DNA of 64,000 nt, from NCBI RefSeq assembly GCF_004010195.1, contig NC_057719.1:1438787-1502786 (forward strand), written 5' to 3'. Below are positions 25,133 to 37,506 of the stretch, in pieces; positions within the stretch are counted from its first letter, which is position 1; every line of letters begins with the position of its first letter. The translations under genes were made by a program, and so were the position numbers. Source of the DNA: Chiloscyllium plagiosum (taxonomy: Eukaryota). A model generated the notes under the pieces. It searched no databases. It saw nothing but the letters and a program-made list of their open reading frames with translations, and was not told the DNA's origin.

Positions 25133-26370
25133 CTGTCTATATGGATTTCAGTAAGGCATTTGACAAGGTTTTGCATGGTAGACTGGTTAGTAAGGTTGGT
25201 CTAATGGAATCCAGGGAGAGCTAATCATTTGAATACAAAATTGGTTTGAAGGCAGGAGACAGAGGGTGGTGGTAGATGATGATTTTTCAAACTGGAGGCC
25301 TGTGACCAGCAGTGTGCTGCAAGGATTGGTGCTGGGTCCACTGCTTTTTGTCATATATATAATTGATTTGGATGTGAATATAGGACGCATGGTTAGTAAG
25401 TTTGCAGATGACATCAAAATTGGAGGTTTAGTGGACAGTGAAGAAAGTTACTCTGGATCAGTGGCGCTTCTGGTTTCCAGCATCTGCAGTCATTGTTTTT
25501 ACCCCAGTGAAGAAAGTTACCTCAGAGTACAATGGGACCTTGATCAGATGGGCCAGTGGGCAGAGAAGTGACAAATGGAGTTTAATTTAAATAAATGTAA
25601 GGTATTGCATTTTTGGTAAGGCAAAACAGGGCAGGATGTATACTGTCACTGCACAGAGCGACCTAGAGGTTCAAGTCCTTAGTTCCTTGAAAGTGGAGTC
25701 GCAGGTAAACAGGGTGAAGAAGAAGGTGTATGGTATGCTTGCCTTTATTGGTCCGTGCATTGAGTGTAGGAGTTGGGGCGTCAAGTTCCTGCTGTATAGG
25801 AGATTGGTGAGGCCACTTATAGAATACTGCATTCAGTTCTGATCTCCCTGCTGTAGGAAGGATGTTGTTAAATTTGAAAGGTTCAGAAAAGAATTACGAG
25901 GATGTTGTCGGAGCTGGAGGGTTTGAGCTATGAGGAGAGGCTGAGTAGGCTGGGGCTGTTTTCCCTGGAGCTGAGGCTGAGGGGTGACCTTATGGAGGTT
26001 TATTAAATCACAAGGGGCATGGATAGGATGAATAGCAAAGGTCATTTTCCTAGGGTAAGGGAGTCCAAAACCAGAGGGAATGGGTTTAGTGTGAATGGGG
26101 CAAGATATAAAAGGGACCTGAGGGACAACTTATTTCACACAGAGGGTGGTGTGTATATGGAACAAGCTGCCAGAGAAAGTGGTGGAGGTGAGTACAGTTA
26201 AAACATTTAAAAGGCATCTGGATGGGTACGTGAATAGGACGGGTTTAGAGGGATATGGGCCAAATGCTGCAAATGCAGCTTGATTAATTGGATTGATTAA
26301 TCTGGTCACCGTGGATGAGTGGGACCAAAAGGTCTGTTTCTGTGCTGTATAATTCTATGGTTTTATGTCC
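25133..26370 (+). mobile_element. CR1 LINE RT and 3' end, with a small PLE-tail insert at 25452-25504
   Basis: YMDFSKAFDKV and SKFADDIKIGG; insert TSD cagtgaagaaagttac at 25436-25451 and 25505-25520. Confidence 0.88.
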
Positions 26371-27402
26371 TGATTAAACCCACCTGAATAAATGGGCACC
26401 TTGCCGCGTGACCCTCTCTAGCCACTGTACCTCTCTTCCCAGGGCTGGGAGACCTTGTCACCATCTCACCCATATTCCAGGGATACAGGATCAGCCAGGC
26501 CTGGCCTTTTAACCCATCCAAGAGCAGCACAGCGGCTGGAGAGGGCTTGAAGACAGTTGAATGTTGCAGCTGAGGATATAGTGTAAGGGAGGGGAAGCAA
26601 TATCTTCAGACCAAGCCAGATATCCACAAGGGCAGACTTTTCTGCAGCCCGTTGTTGCCGCTGCATACATGCAGACATAAGCTATTTTGTATTCTTGGCA
26701 ATCATTCCTCCAATTTTAACCTGTGAGGTCACTCTGAATATTAACCAGAACATGCATTTATATAGCTCAGTAGCTCAAGGAGCTGTGGGGCTTCCTCCTA
26801 TTTCATATATACGTAGACATTAGGCTATCAATCCAGAGACTCGAGTGATGTCTTGGGCACCTGGGTTCAAATCTCACCGTGGAAAATGGTAAAACTTGAA
26901 TTTACCAAATATCTGGAATTATGGATCTCATGATGACCATGTAACCAATTCACAGTTGTCAGAAAAATCCCATCTCATTCATCAATGTACTTTACAGAAG
27001 GAAATTTGTCTTTACTGGTCTGGCCTATATGTCACTTCAGATCCTCTCTAAACTGCTACCTCGGCAGTTGGGAATAGGCAATAAATGCCAGTAGCACCCA
27101 TATCCCATGAATAGAAAAAAATTAGTTTCACAGTTAGCCTGTTTTCAGAAGTCAACTAACTATTTGAGGGGGACAGAGAGCCACTAATGATGGAGCAATT
27201 AAAACTGAGAATGTGCAAGGGGCCAGAATCTGAGGAATGCAGAGATTCTGGAGGGAGAGTTGTTGAGTTGGAGGCAATTACTAAAATAAGTCATGCTAAG
27301 TTTATGAAGGGATTTGACCACGATAAAAATTTTACTATCAAATCTATAGTAGACTGGAAATTAATGAAACCCAGGGAGCCTGGGATGAAAGGTGAAGGGA
27401 GC

Positions 27403-27542
27403 TGAAAATGAGCCTGAAGAAGGGCTCATGCCCGAAACGTCGATTCTCCTGCTCCTTGGATGCTGCCTGACCTGCTGCGCTTTTCCAGCAACACATTTTC
27501 AGCTCTGATCTCCAGCATCTGCAGTCCTCACTTTTTCCTCCC
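27403..27542 (+). mobile_element. Short PLE tail insertion (family A) with an intact hammerhead motif
   Basis: 17-bp TSD tgaaaggtgaagggagc at 27386-27402 and 27543-27559; CTGAAGA at 27414. Confidence 0.9.
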
Positions 27543-28649
27543 TGAAAGGTGAAGGGAGCCAATATAATTAATTGTTTTCACAACAGGTGGTGGAAGCTCT
27601 GAGAGGAAGGTTTAGGCATCAATAAATAGATCTCTGGGTTCACAGTTGCTCAGAAATGATGATATGCAGTTGGAGAAACAGCCAAACCCAATTAATAGTG
27701 AAAGCTATCATGACAATATTAGTGTTGCAACAGAGCTTTGTCTGACATCAATTTTGCAACCAAAAGCTGCAGACTGGCTCCAGCCCTAGCGCCGCATGCA
27801 TGTATAATTAAAAGAAAAGAGATTGCCCTGTGGGCTTCAGAGTCTAGAGCAGGATGAGTCAGTGATGAGGGGGAAGGGGCCAGATGAACTAAAAGTAAAA
27901 CAAAAGACATTACTGTCCTTCAAATACCAGACACAAAAAAATTGCAAAATAAATAAATAATGCACCCACTGTGTGGGCGTGGAGGTAAGACAGGGTGAAC
28001 ACATGCGAATATCCTGTGGGTATGTAAACACAGACATACTTGTGTTTTGGGACTCAGGGATGAGTGAGGTGGGGGAAGAACTGGTAACACAGCCTTAAAT
28101 GCGAATTACCCTCACTTCACTGACGTCAAAACTCCTGCAAACTATGAAAATGCCATAAACTCCTACTTCACTCCGTTCCGGTCCCACCTCTTCTGAAAAC
28201 TTATCAGGCAGCACCGACATAAGTGACTGCCCATTCTGCCTATGAAATGATTCATCGAATGACTCATATATTCTACTAGAGCTACAGGGGATACTGGAAA
28301 GCTTTCATCCATTGTTAGCCGTATGATTGAACAATCCCTGGGTGGGAGTAGGAACAGAAACACAAAGCTGAAACAAGATGAACTATGCACAATATTTCCT
28401 CATTTCAGAAGTATCAATAGGAGTGCATCCATTCCCCAAACATGACATACACCGACTCACTATCTCCAGTAACACAGGAAGCACAGTCTGCTGCTCCCCC
28501 TCTCCCCAAACAGACCAAACCTGAATGACTTCTGGTCTGGTGACAAATTAGTCTCAAACGGCAGTACTCCATTATGTGGGATGAGTGGTGAGGCAAAGAT
28601 CTCTCCCTCGGAAGGTTCTCATTGCAGGGCTGGAAAACCTATCACTCAA

Positions 28650-29545
28650 TGGTGCCTCATTTCTGACAATGCCCAGCCTCTAGGCACACGCTTGAAGCAA
28701 GGGAAATAATTTTAAAGGAGAAAGTCAGACAGTGCTCACTGGAATGAAGAGCATAGTGGGATATGTAAACAAATGTTTGCTATGATCAGAATTTAAGGGT
28801 TAACAGTTTAGGCTGTTTTTATCAGGTAGTGAATTAACAACAAGGAGCAATAAACAATAAAAGTGAACAAGCAGGTTGCGAAGGAACTCTGATATAAAGG
28901 GTGTTAAGATACAAATTACTGCTCCTTGGATAGGTATTGTAGTGGTGAAGGTGCTGAAGGCCCAAGCACAAAGTCAGAAATCAAAGTGAACCATCTATAA
29001 ATGTGAAAGTAACAAACTAATTAGAAAAAAATGAAATTAATGAAGAGGAGATCTGGGAATCATAACACTCAAATCCCACAGTGATCAGATAATGAAGATT
29101 GAGAACAAATACTAAGGTTTATTTCTACAGAAGCTGTTCTAATGATGGCTACCAGTTGTTACACTTAAATGTGAGATTAAGTTCTGAGATCCAGGAAAAG
29201 ATAGTTTTATCAAAACTGCCTTAGCAAAATGTTCCAGTTCTGTGACATATGTTTCCAACTCAAATTTCTCTTAAATTCACTGAACTCATGTAATGGAACA
29301 TTGGCTATGACCTCACCGATCTGAAACATATGCTTTGAGGTTGTGTGGAAGTACTTCAGTTTTTCTTTGGGGAAAAGCTTTGTTGCTAACTTACGCCTTT
29401 TGTTTTGTATCAGTTTAAATATTAAGGAAGTAAGTAATTCATTTTCTGTGTCTGTGCCTTTGAATTTAATTGAGGGGTGATAATTATTGAAGATATTGAT
29501 GAATTCTTCTAATTCTGAGTTACAATTTCCCATATGCCAACACAA
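28650..29545 (-). mobile_element. Ancient AT-rich PLE remnant (RT C-terminus and degenerate GIY-YIG)
   Basis: ELEEFINIFNNYHPSIKF..T..E is typical of PLE RT; a TCLFTFIVYC...HY..KT remnant lies near 28820-28880. Confidence 0.6.
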
Positions 29546-30086
29546 GTGCGGAATGGAATGTAATTATGTGACTGTACCACCTCATGATTGAGTTAAAGCG
29601 AATGACAAAGCAGCTCTTGAAAGCAAAGCGTGCTCCCTGAAATCTTAAAAAGTAGACTTTGGAAAAATCTTGAAACTGCAAAGCAGATTGATTTTGTGCC
29701 TTAATTACTACTTTGCCTTATTTAATACATTTCTTTAAAAATGTGATGGCATTTGTATGAACCTTAGGGAGCAGGATTCCATTATTCCTGTCAGTCTGAA
29801 CAGTCCCTCTTTTTCATTCCTTGGACAATTCTGCATTCTCATAGCTTTTAATCCCATTTGAATCACTTTTGTTGAGTGTATTCCTGTGGAGCACCTTTGG
29901 GATATGTCAATATTTAAAGACTAGCTATGATGTTGTTTACATAGAAGCAAAAATAGTAGCAGGAGTAGGCCATTTCATCCATTCAGTCTGCTTCACTGTT
30001 AGAACCATAGAAGTGTCACAGCACAAAAGAGGCAATATGGTCCATCTTGTCCATGCCAATCAAAGGACAGTTGGATGCCCTTTCTA

Positions 30087-30283
30087 ATAGCCATGGGCAC
30101 ACGTATGGGCCCCAGCTATGCCTGTCTCTTTGTTGGCTACGTAGAGCAGTTGATCTTCCGTAATTACACCGGCACCACTCCCCACCTCTTCCTCCGCTAC
30201 ATTGATGACTGCATTGGCCCCACCTTGTGCTCCCGCGAGGAGGTTGAGCAATTAATCAACTTCAGCAACACATTCCACCCTGA
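30087..30283 (+). mobile_element. Internal PLE RT fragment
   Basis: AMGTRMGPSYACLFVGYVEQ...HLFLRYIDDCIG, containing the YIDD catalytic motif. Confidence 0.9.
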
Positions 30284-31535
30284 CGATGTAATTCCCTATC
30301 AGATGGTACCTGATTTAGAGGAGAACTTTCAGGTGGTGGAGTTCTTATGTATCTGCTTTCCCTACACTTAAAATGGTAGATGCTAAGAATTTGAAAAGCG
30401 CTATAAATGCTGTTTCACATTGACTCCAGTTTTGCTTAGAGCCGTCAATTCTACACTTGATCTAATGCTGCCTTTGGGTCACCTCCGGAGTTCAGCTCTT
30501 ACATTAATTGTTTGAACTAATGCTGTAACGTAGTCAGGAGCTTGGTGCAGAGCAAGTGCTTTTTTAATGACGAACAGTAGACTGACATGGCAATATTTGA
30601 CCAATTTCAACTTGGCCTGCTTTTTCTTTTGTGCACAGGACATAATGGACAACTTTCCAGATTGTCAGGTAGACATCAATGTTGTGGTGGACTAGGAACA
30701 GTTTTATGATGGTGTGGCAGGTTCTGGATCACAAGTCTGCCATACAGTTGGTGGACCGATAAGTGTGGGAGCAAGGCCACCTGTGATTGGAGGAGCAATG
30801 AATAGCTGGTTATGAGTGAGGAAGTCACTGGAAAAGTGAATGTTGGGAGAATGGAGGCAGGTCCAAGAGAAGTAAATTCAGGAGATGGAGGTTGTAAGGA
30901 GTTTGTGAATGGGGGGGGGGGGGGGTGCAGTTTGTTGGTGGGGAAGGAGACTAGAAGGCTGCAAGAGGATAGTAGGGGAGATGGGCTGCAAGGGGAATGG
31001 GAGACTGCAAAATGGAGTGAAAACTTCTAAACCTGTCAGTAAAGGAACATTTAATTGACTGGGAGCCACGAACACTTAAATCTCTGAACTAAGGAATACT
31101 TGTCATTGAATGCAAGATCTCCAGCTTCAGGCTTTGAATCTTAAACAATAGAAACAAGGTACAGAAGTAGTCCATTTGGCCCTTTGAACCTGGTTCACTA
31201 TTTAATATGATCATGGTTGCTCCTTTATCTAATGCCACATTTCTGCCTTTTTCCTATATCTGTTGAGGCCTTTAAAATTTAAAAAAAAAGTCTGTCTCTT
31301 CCTTGATCCTTGATTAACTGATTAGCTTCCACAGCCTTCTGTGGTAGAGAATTCCACAGGTTCCCTACCCTTTGGGTGAAGAAAACTTTCCCCATGTCCT
31401 GAATCTGTCCTGTCTGATTCTATACACCCCAAACATGGAAACCATCCTCCTTTTATCTAGTCTGTCCAGACCTGTTAGAATTGTATGCATTTCAAATAGT
31501 TTAAGAGCTGCTTTATAGGGAGCAATGTAGTGGAT

Positions 31536-31844
31536 GCTGTTCTAATGATGGCTACCAGTTGTTACACTTAAATGTGAGATTAAGTTCTGAGATCCAGGAA
31601 AAGATAGTTTTATCAAAACTGCCTTATCAAAATGTTCCAGTTCTGTGACATATGTTTCCAAGGTGCTGAAGGCCCAAGCACAAAGTCAGAAATCAAAGTG
31701 AACCATCTATAAATGTGAAAGTAACAAACTAATTAGAAAAAAATGAAATTAATGAAGAGGAGATCTGGGAATCATAACACTCAAATCCCACAGTGATCAG
31801 ATAATGAAGATTGAGAACAAATACTAAGGTTTATTTCTACAGAA
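31536..31844 (+). repeat. 309-bp circularly permuted copy of 28948-29258
   Basis: 31536-31661 matches 29133-29258 and 31660-31844 matches 28948-29132; one mismatch seen. Confidence 0.95.
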
Positions 31845-31909
31845 AAATCTTCCAGCACCACTGATCCAGAATCTGGTTTCCAGCATCTGCAGTCATTGTT
31901 TTTACCTAA

Positions 31910-33100
31910 TCATTCACTATGACTGTGCATGATCATCCAATTCAGTACCGTGTTGCCGCTTTCTCCCCATATCCTTTTGACCCTTTTAGTCCTAAGAACT
32001 ATGTCCACACCTTTCTTAAAAGCCTTCTTTGTTTTGGCCTAAACAGTTTCCTGTGACAGAGAATTCCATAGGCTGACCAGTCTCTGGGTGAAAAAATGTC
32101 TCCTCATCTCAGTCCTAAAAGCCCACCTAGTATCCTTAGACTGGGACTCTGGCTCTAGAACTCCCAGTGATTGAGAACATCCTTCCTTCATTGACCCTGT
32201 CTAATCTTCTTTGAGTTTTATTGATCTCTGAGATCTGTAGCACCCCCCAATCCCCACCCCAATTTGAGTGAATGTAGTTCTAGCCAGTCCAGTTTCTCTC
32301 AGCAGGTTAGTCCTGCCATCCCACGAATCAGTCTGGCAAATCTGCTGCGCGATCCTTCAGTACCCAGAACATCCTTCCCCAGATAAGGAAATCAAAACTC
32401 CACACAATACACCACTTATGGTCTTTCCAGTGCCCTGTACAGTTGCAGCGAATCTTCCTTGCTCCTGTATTTGAATCCTCTCTCTGTGAAAGCCAACATA
32501 TCCTTTGCTTGCTTCACTGCTTGCTGCACCTCTGTGCTTGCTTTCAGCAACTGGTATACAAGGACACCCAATGCCTTTCCCAGGCTATTGCCATTCATAT
32601 AATCTGTCTTCCTGTTTTTTCAGCCAATTTTTTCACATTTTACTGCATCTGCCATGTATATGCCCACTGTCCTAGCTTGTCCAAGTTACTCTGAAACAAT
32701 TCTGGATCCTCCTCACAGCTCACCTTCCCTGCCAGCTTTGTGTCATCTGCAAACTTGGAGCTATGGTACATAATTTTTTTTCATCTGAGTTATTAATGTA
32801 TATTGGGAGTAGCTGGGGTCCAAGCACTGATCCATATAGTACCCCATTAGTCACCGTCTATTTATTCCTATTCTTTGTTTCCAGTTTGACAGCTAGTTCT
32901 TGATTTATTTTAGTGCTTGGCCACTAATCCCTTGTGCTTTATATGCCAATTTTATATGCTAATCCCTCTTCAGAGGACATTATAGAAATCCTTCTGAAAA
33001 TCCATGTAAACCGCATCCAATGGCTCCCCCTAATAATCCACTCTATGATTTACATCTCAAAAGTTTTGGGAGATTTATCAAGCATGACCTCCCCATCATC
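31910..33100 (-). mobile_element. Old CR1 RT and 3' fragment
   Basis: QVQQAVKQA-like and GFKYRSKE..LQLYRALERP motifs; antisense KFADDTKL. Confidence 0.7.
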
Positions 33101-33194
33101 AATTCATTGGAGGTGGTTTGTGTGGAGCAGAGACACTGGAATGGACCAATTTGGCTGAATGGTCTATTCCAATGTTGTAGACCCAATGTATTGA

Positions 33195-36100
33195 GATTTG
33201 GGGAGCATCAGCTCTTGACCTTGTCCAACAGGTATGAGATTTTTGCTCTCTGTGTGGATGAGGAAAAAGGCTGTGGACAGGATGAGCCAGCTGACTACGG
33301 CACCATGGTGCAGAAGGCCATTCAAGAGTGGGGGAGCATAAAGACAAGTAGTTGTTATAGGGAATTCTATTATTGGGGCACAGATAGTATCCTTAGCGAG
33401 CTGGATCGGGATTCCTGCATGGCTCCCACATGGTGTATTGCTTGCCTGATGCCAGGGTGCAGGACACCTCTGACCGGCTTGAAAGGATATTGGAGCGGGA
33501 GGGAGAAGATCTAGTTGTTGTGGTCCATGTTGGCACTAACAACATAGGCAAGGCTAGAAAGGAGGACCTGTTTGGGGATTAACCAGCACGGGGAAGGAAA
33601 TTGAAGAACAGGGTCATAATCTCCGGATTACCGCCCGAGCCACGTACTAATTGGCACAGGGATAAGAAAATTAGAGTAGTAAGCACATGGCTAAGAGATT
33701 GGTGTGGGAAAGAGGGATCCCATTTCATGGGACATTGGCATCAGTTTTGGAGCCGGGGGAGGTCTCTCCCGGTGGGATGGTCTCCACCTGAACCGATCTG
33801 GAACCAGTGTTCTAGTGAAAAGGACAAATAGCGTGGTCAGTAGGACTTCAAACTTGTGGAGGAATGGGAAAGGGAAAGCGACAGGAAATATAGTGTCAAG
33901 TAGAAAGATAAGCAGCAGGTTAGCATGTGTGCAGGGTTTAAGTTCAAGATAGACTAGGAATGAAGCAAAAAGGAAGGATAACTTAGGACATATTACTAGA
34001 GATGTTGGAAATCATGAAGATAAGAAAATTAGCATTAAGGTGCTTTACCTGAATACTCGTAGTATTTGGAACAAAGCAGATGCATTAATGGCACAAATCA
34101 TTGTGAATGATTATGATGTGGTAGGCATCATAGAGACGTGGTTGCAGGGGATTCAGGACTGGCAATAAAACATCCAAGGATTTACAACTTATCGAAAAAA
34201 AACAGGAAATGGACAGAGGGGCCGGAGTTGCTTTGTTAGTTAATTGGGATTGGGTTAGAAAGCCATGGCTGACAAAGGAAGTCAGGAAATATATCAAAGA
34301 AAGAGAGAGCCTACAAAGTTGCCAACAGCTCTTGAAAATCAGTAAAATTGGGAAGACCAAAAAACAGAGGATAACAAAGAGAGAAATAAGGAAGGAGAGG
34401 ATCAAATATGAAGATAGGCGAGCCAGTAATATTAGAAATGATAGTAAAAGTTTCTTTCAAAACGTAAGAAACAAACGAGAGGCAAAAGTAGACATTGGTC
34501 CACTCCAAATTGATGCAGGAAGGCTAGTGATGGGAGATAAGGAAATAGCTGAAAAACTTAATAAATACTATGCATCAGTCTTCACATTGAAAGACATGAG
34601 TAATATCCCAACAATTAAGGAGAGTCAAGGGGCAGAGTTGAGTATGGTAGCTATTACTAAAGAGAAAATGCTAGAAAAGCTAAAAGGTCTAAAAATTGAT
34701 AAATCTCCTGGCTCCAGTGGGCTACCTCCTAGAATTCTGAGGGAAGTGGCTGAGGAAATAGCGGAGGTGTTGATTGTGATCTTTCAAAAGTCACTGGAGT
34801 CCGGGAAAGTCCCGGATGATTGGAAGATCGCTGTTGTAATCCCATTGTTCAAGAGAAGATCAAGACAAAAGATGAAAAATTCTCGGCCAATTAGTCTAAC
34901 CGCGGTTATTAGTAAAATTCTAGAGTTCATCGTTAAGGATGAGATTTCTAAATTCTTGGAAGTTTAAGGTTGGATTAGAACAAGTCAGCATGGATTTAGT
35001 AAGGGGAGGTCGTGCCTGACAAACCTGTTAGAATTCTTTGAAGAGGTGACAAGTAGGTTCTAGACCAGGGAAACCCAGTGGATATTATCTACCTAGACTT
35101 CGAAAGGCCTTTGATAAGGTGCCTCACGAGAGGCTGCTGAGTAAGGTGAGGGCCCATGGTGTTCAAGGTGAACTACTGACGTAAATTGAGGGTTGGCTGT
35201 CTGACAGAAGGCAGAGAGTTGGGGTAAAAGGTTCTTTTTTGGAATGGCAGCTGGTGACAAATGGTGTCTCGCAGGGTTCTGTGTTGGGGCCGCAGCTGTT
35301 CACTTTATATAGTAATGATCTGGATGAAGGGACTGGGGGCATTCTGGCAAAGTTTGTCAATGATACAAAGTTAGGTGGACAGGCGGGTAGTTCTGAGGAG
35401 GTGGGGAGGCTGCAGGAAGGTTTAGACAGTTTAGGAGAGGGGTCCAGGAAATGGCGGATGAAATTCAACCTGAGCAAATGTGAGGTCTTGCACTTTGGAA
35501 AAAAGAATACAGGCATGGACTATTTTCTGAACAGTGAGAAAATTCATAAAACCAAAGTACAAAGGGATCCGAGAGTGCTAGTCCAGGTTTCTCTGAAGGT
35601 TAACTTGCAGGTTAAGTCCGTGATTAAGAAAACGAATGCAATGTTGTCATTTATCGCAAGAGGGTTGGAATATTAAAACAGCAATGTGCTTCTGAGACTT
35701 TATAAAGCTCCAGTTAGGTCGCATTTAGAATACTGTGTCTAATTTTGGGCCACACACCTCAGGAAGGGCATACTGGCATTGGAGCGTGATCAGCAGAGAT
35801 TCACACAGATGATCCCTGGAATAGCAGGCCTAACATACGATGGATGGCTGAGGATCCTGGGATTGTATTCATTAAAGTTTAGAAGGTTGAGGGGAAATCT
35901 CATAGAAACTTACAAGATAATGCATGGTTTAGAAATGGTGGACGCTGGGAAGTTTTTGTTTCCGTTAAGTGGGGAGATTAGGACCCGTGGGCACAGCCTT
36001 AGAATTAGACGAGGGTCAATTTAGAACGGAAATGAGGAGACATTTCTTCAGCCAGAGAGTGCTGGGCCCGTGGAATTCATTGCCACGGAACACAGTCGAG

Positions 36101-36280
36101 GCTGGGACGTTAAATGTCTTCAAGGCAAAGATTGATAATTCCTTGCAAGATCAAGAATTTAAGGGCTATGGGAAGAGTGGGTAAGTGGAGTTGAAATGCC
36201 CGTCAGCTATGATTAAATGGCAAAGTGGTCTTGATGGGCCGAATGGCCTTACTTCCACTCTTATGTCTTATGGTCTTATG
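33195..36280 (+). mobile_element. Near full-length decayed CR1 LINE: ORF1 SGNH-esterase remnant, ORF2 APE (internally deleted) and RT, 3' tail
   Basis: ORF1 VVVHVGTNNIG...VIISGLPP...WLRDWC...WDGLHLN; ORF2 YLNTRSI.NK...GIIETWL, DKSPGS, RPISLT, QHGF..GRSCLTNLLEFFEE and QGSVLGPQLF; tail tcttatggtcttatg. Multiple stops and frameshifts. Confidence 0.92.
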
Positions 36281-36321
36281 ATGATGTATTTTCTAAACAT
36301 ATGTAGTATTTTGTTTGTAAG

Positions 36322-36351
36322 TTCTGTTTTGTGTTTGCTTTTACCCCTCAG
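36322..36351 (+). promoter_or_regulatory. Polypyrimidine tract and AG acceptor (U2-type) of the BRF1 exon
   Basis: ttctgttttgtgtttgcttttacccctcAG directly precedes the coding match. Confidence 0.85.
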
Positions 36352-36525
36352 GTCGTCGTCAGATTCACCATCTGGGTAACCAGCTCCAATTAAACCAGCA
36401 CTGCCTTGATACTGCCTTTAACTTCTTCAAAATGGCAGTTAGCAAGCACCTCACCAGAGGTCGGAAAATGAGCCACGTGGTCGCTGCCTGTCTATATCTG
36501 GTCTGTCGAACAGAGGGGACTCCTC
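36352..36525 (+). CDS. BRF1: Internal coding exon of BRF1 (RNA polymerase III transcription factor IIIB 90 kDa subunit), first cyclin-fold repeat; phase 1 to phase 1, 174 bp
   Basis: Translates as (G)[57 protein letters not shown](H), nearly identical to vertebrate BRF1 as I recall it. Preceded by a pyrimidine tract and AG (tttgcttttacccctcag, AG at 36350-36351) and followed by a GT donor at 36526. It is absent from the ORF track. Confidence 0.96.
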
Positions 36526-36535
36526 GTATCCTTTT
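36526..36535 (+). promoter_or_regulatory. U12-type (minor spliceosome) 5' splice site
   Basis: GTATCCTTTT directly after the BRF1 exon matches the RTATCCTTT U12 consensus and not the U2 GTRAGT consensus. Confidence 0.9.
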
Positions 36536-37506
36536 GACTCCACAGAAATTACACAAAATCTAAAAGCTTAATTAATGGAGATTTAAAGTATGTTAGACTT
36601 CAGTTTTTTTAAAGAAATGTAGATTAACTGTTACTTTATTCTGAAGGTTATCTGTGTAGTGAATGTCTCCAGTTACTGTATGCCAGCTCAGCTCTTTGTG
36701 ACTGAAATGCCTGGTTAATGAAGAGTAAAGCTTTCAGCACGTGTAAGTGCGTCTTCATACTGTTGCCTTTGGTGGATGTGCATGCTGGTCAGTTTCCATA
36801 CCCAAGAGTGGTGTGTGAAACCCTGTCAGGGCATTGGGATGTGTTGAATCTGGGAAAGTTTCAATTGCAAAACTTTGAAGATAATGGCCTTTTGCATGAG
36901 TGTAGTACTGAAAATAGAGATGGGGCAAAGCAGAGCTGGGTATTTTTCTCACTGGACCAGAATCACATTTCAATATCCCTTTGCAAACCCTATTGCAGGC
37001 TCTTTCAGTCCTCAGTTTAGTTTCCCTCCTGTGTTTGTATCATCAGGAATCTGTGCATGTTTAAGAAAATAGAACCTTCCCTCAAATGCAGCACAGAATT
37101 CCAGCTTCTGAGCCATTGAGTCAGGTTTGCCCTTGCGAATGAAGAATGATGCAGTCAGCCCTTGGAAGTCCTTGATATAGGTCAGTCTGATGAAACAATA
37201 TATTTCTTATAAAATAGATCTTGATATCTTGCCCAAATGCAGGAGCCAAATTGTGTCATGCACATAGTGAGTTGGAATAGGTGGTTTATAAAGATTAACT
37301 TGACCTCAGGGTGATCTTGCATTGTGCGTCATTTGCTCCACATGAAGGCTCATAGGTGGATGTAGTTGCTTCCCATTTCACTTCACAGAACTGAAACACA
37401 CAAATGAAGGGTCAAGGTTTTACGAAGTTACTATTCTCACAGCGTTATCTAACCCCTCCACAAATTTGACAAACAAGCTTTTGACATTGAATACTTTTAT
37501 ATTCCT

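Noticed and set aside
27600..28650. Apparently unique stretch with short ORFs and a weak gag-like phrase (ANYENAINSYFTP)
   Set aside because: Frequent stops, no convincing motif or splice-bounded exon; cannot be supported without a database search.
36365..36556. 63-aa minus-strand ORF
   Set aside because: Antisense to the BRF1 exon; the conserved frame is on the + strand.
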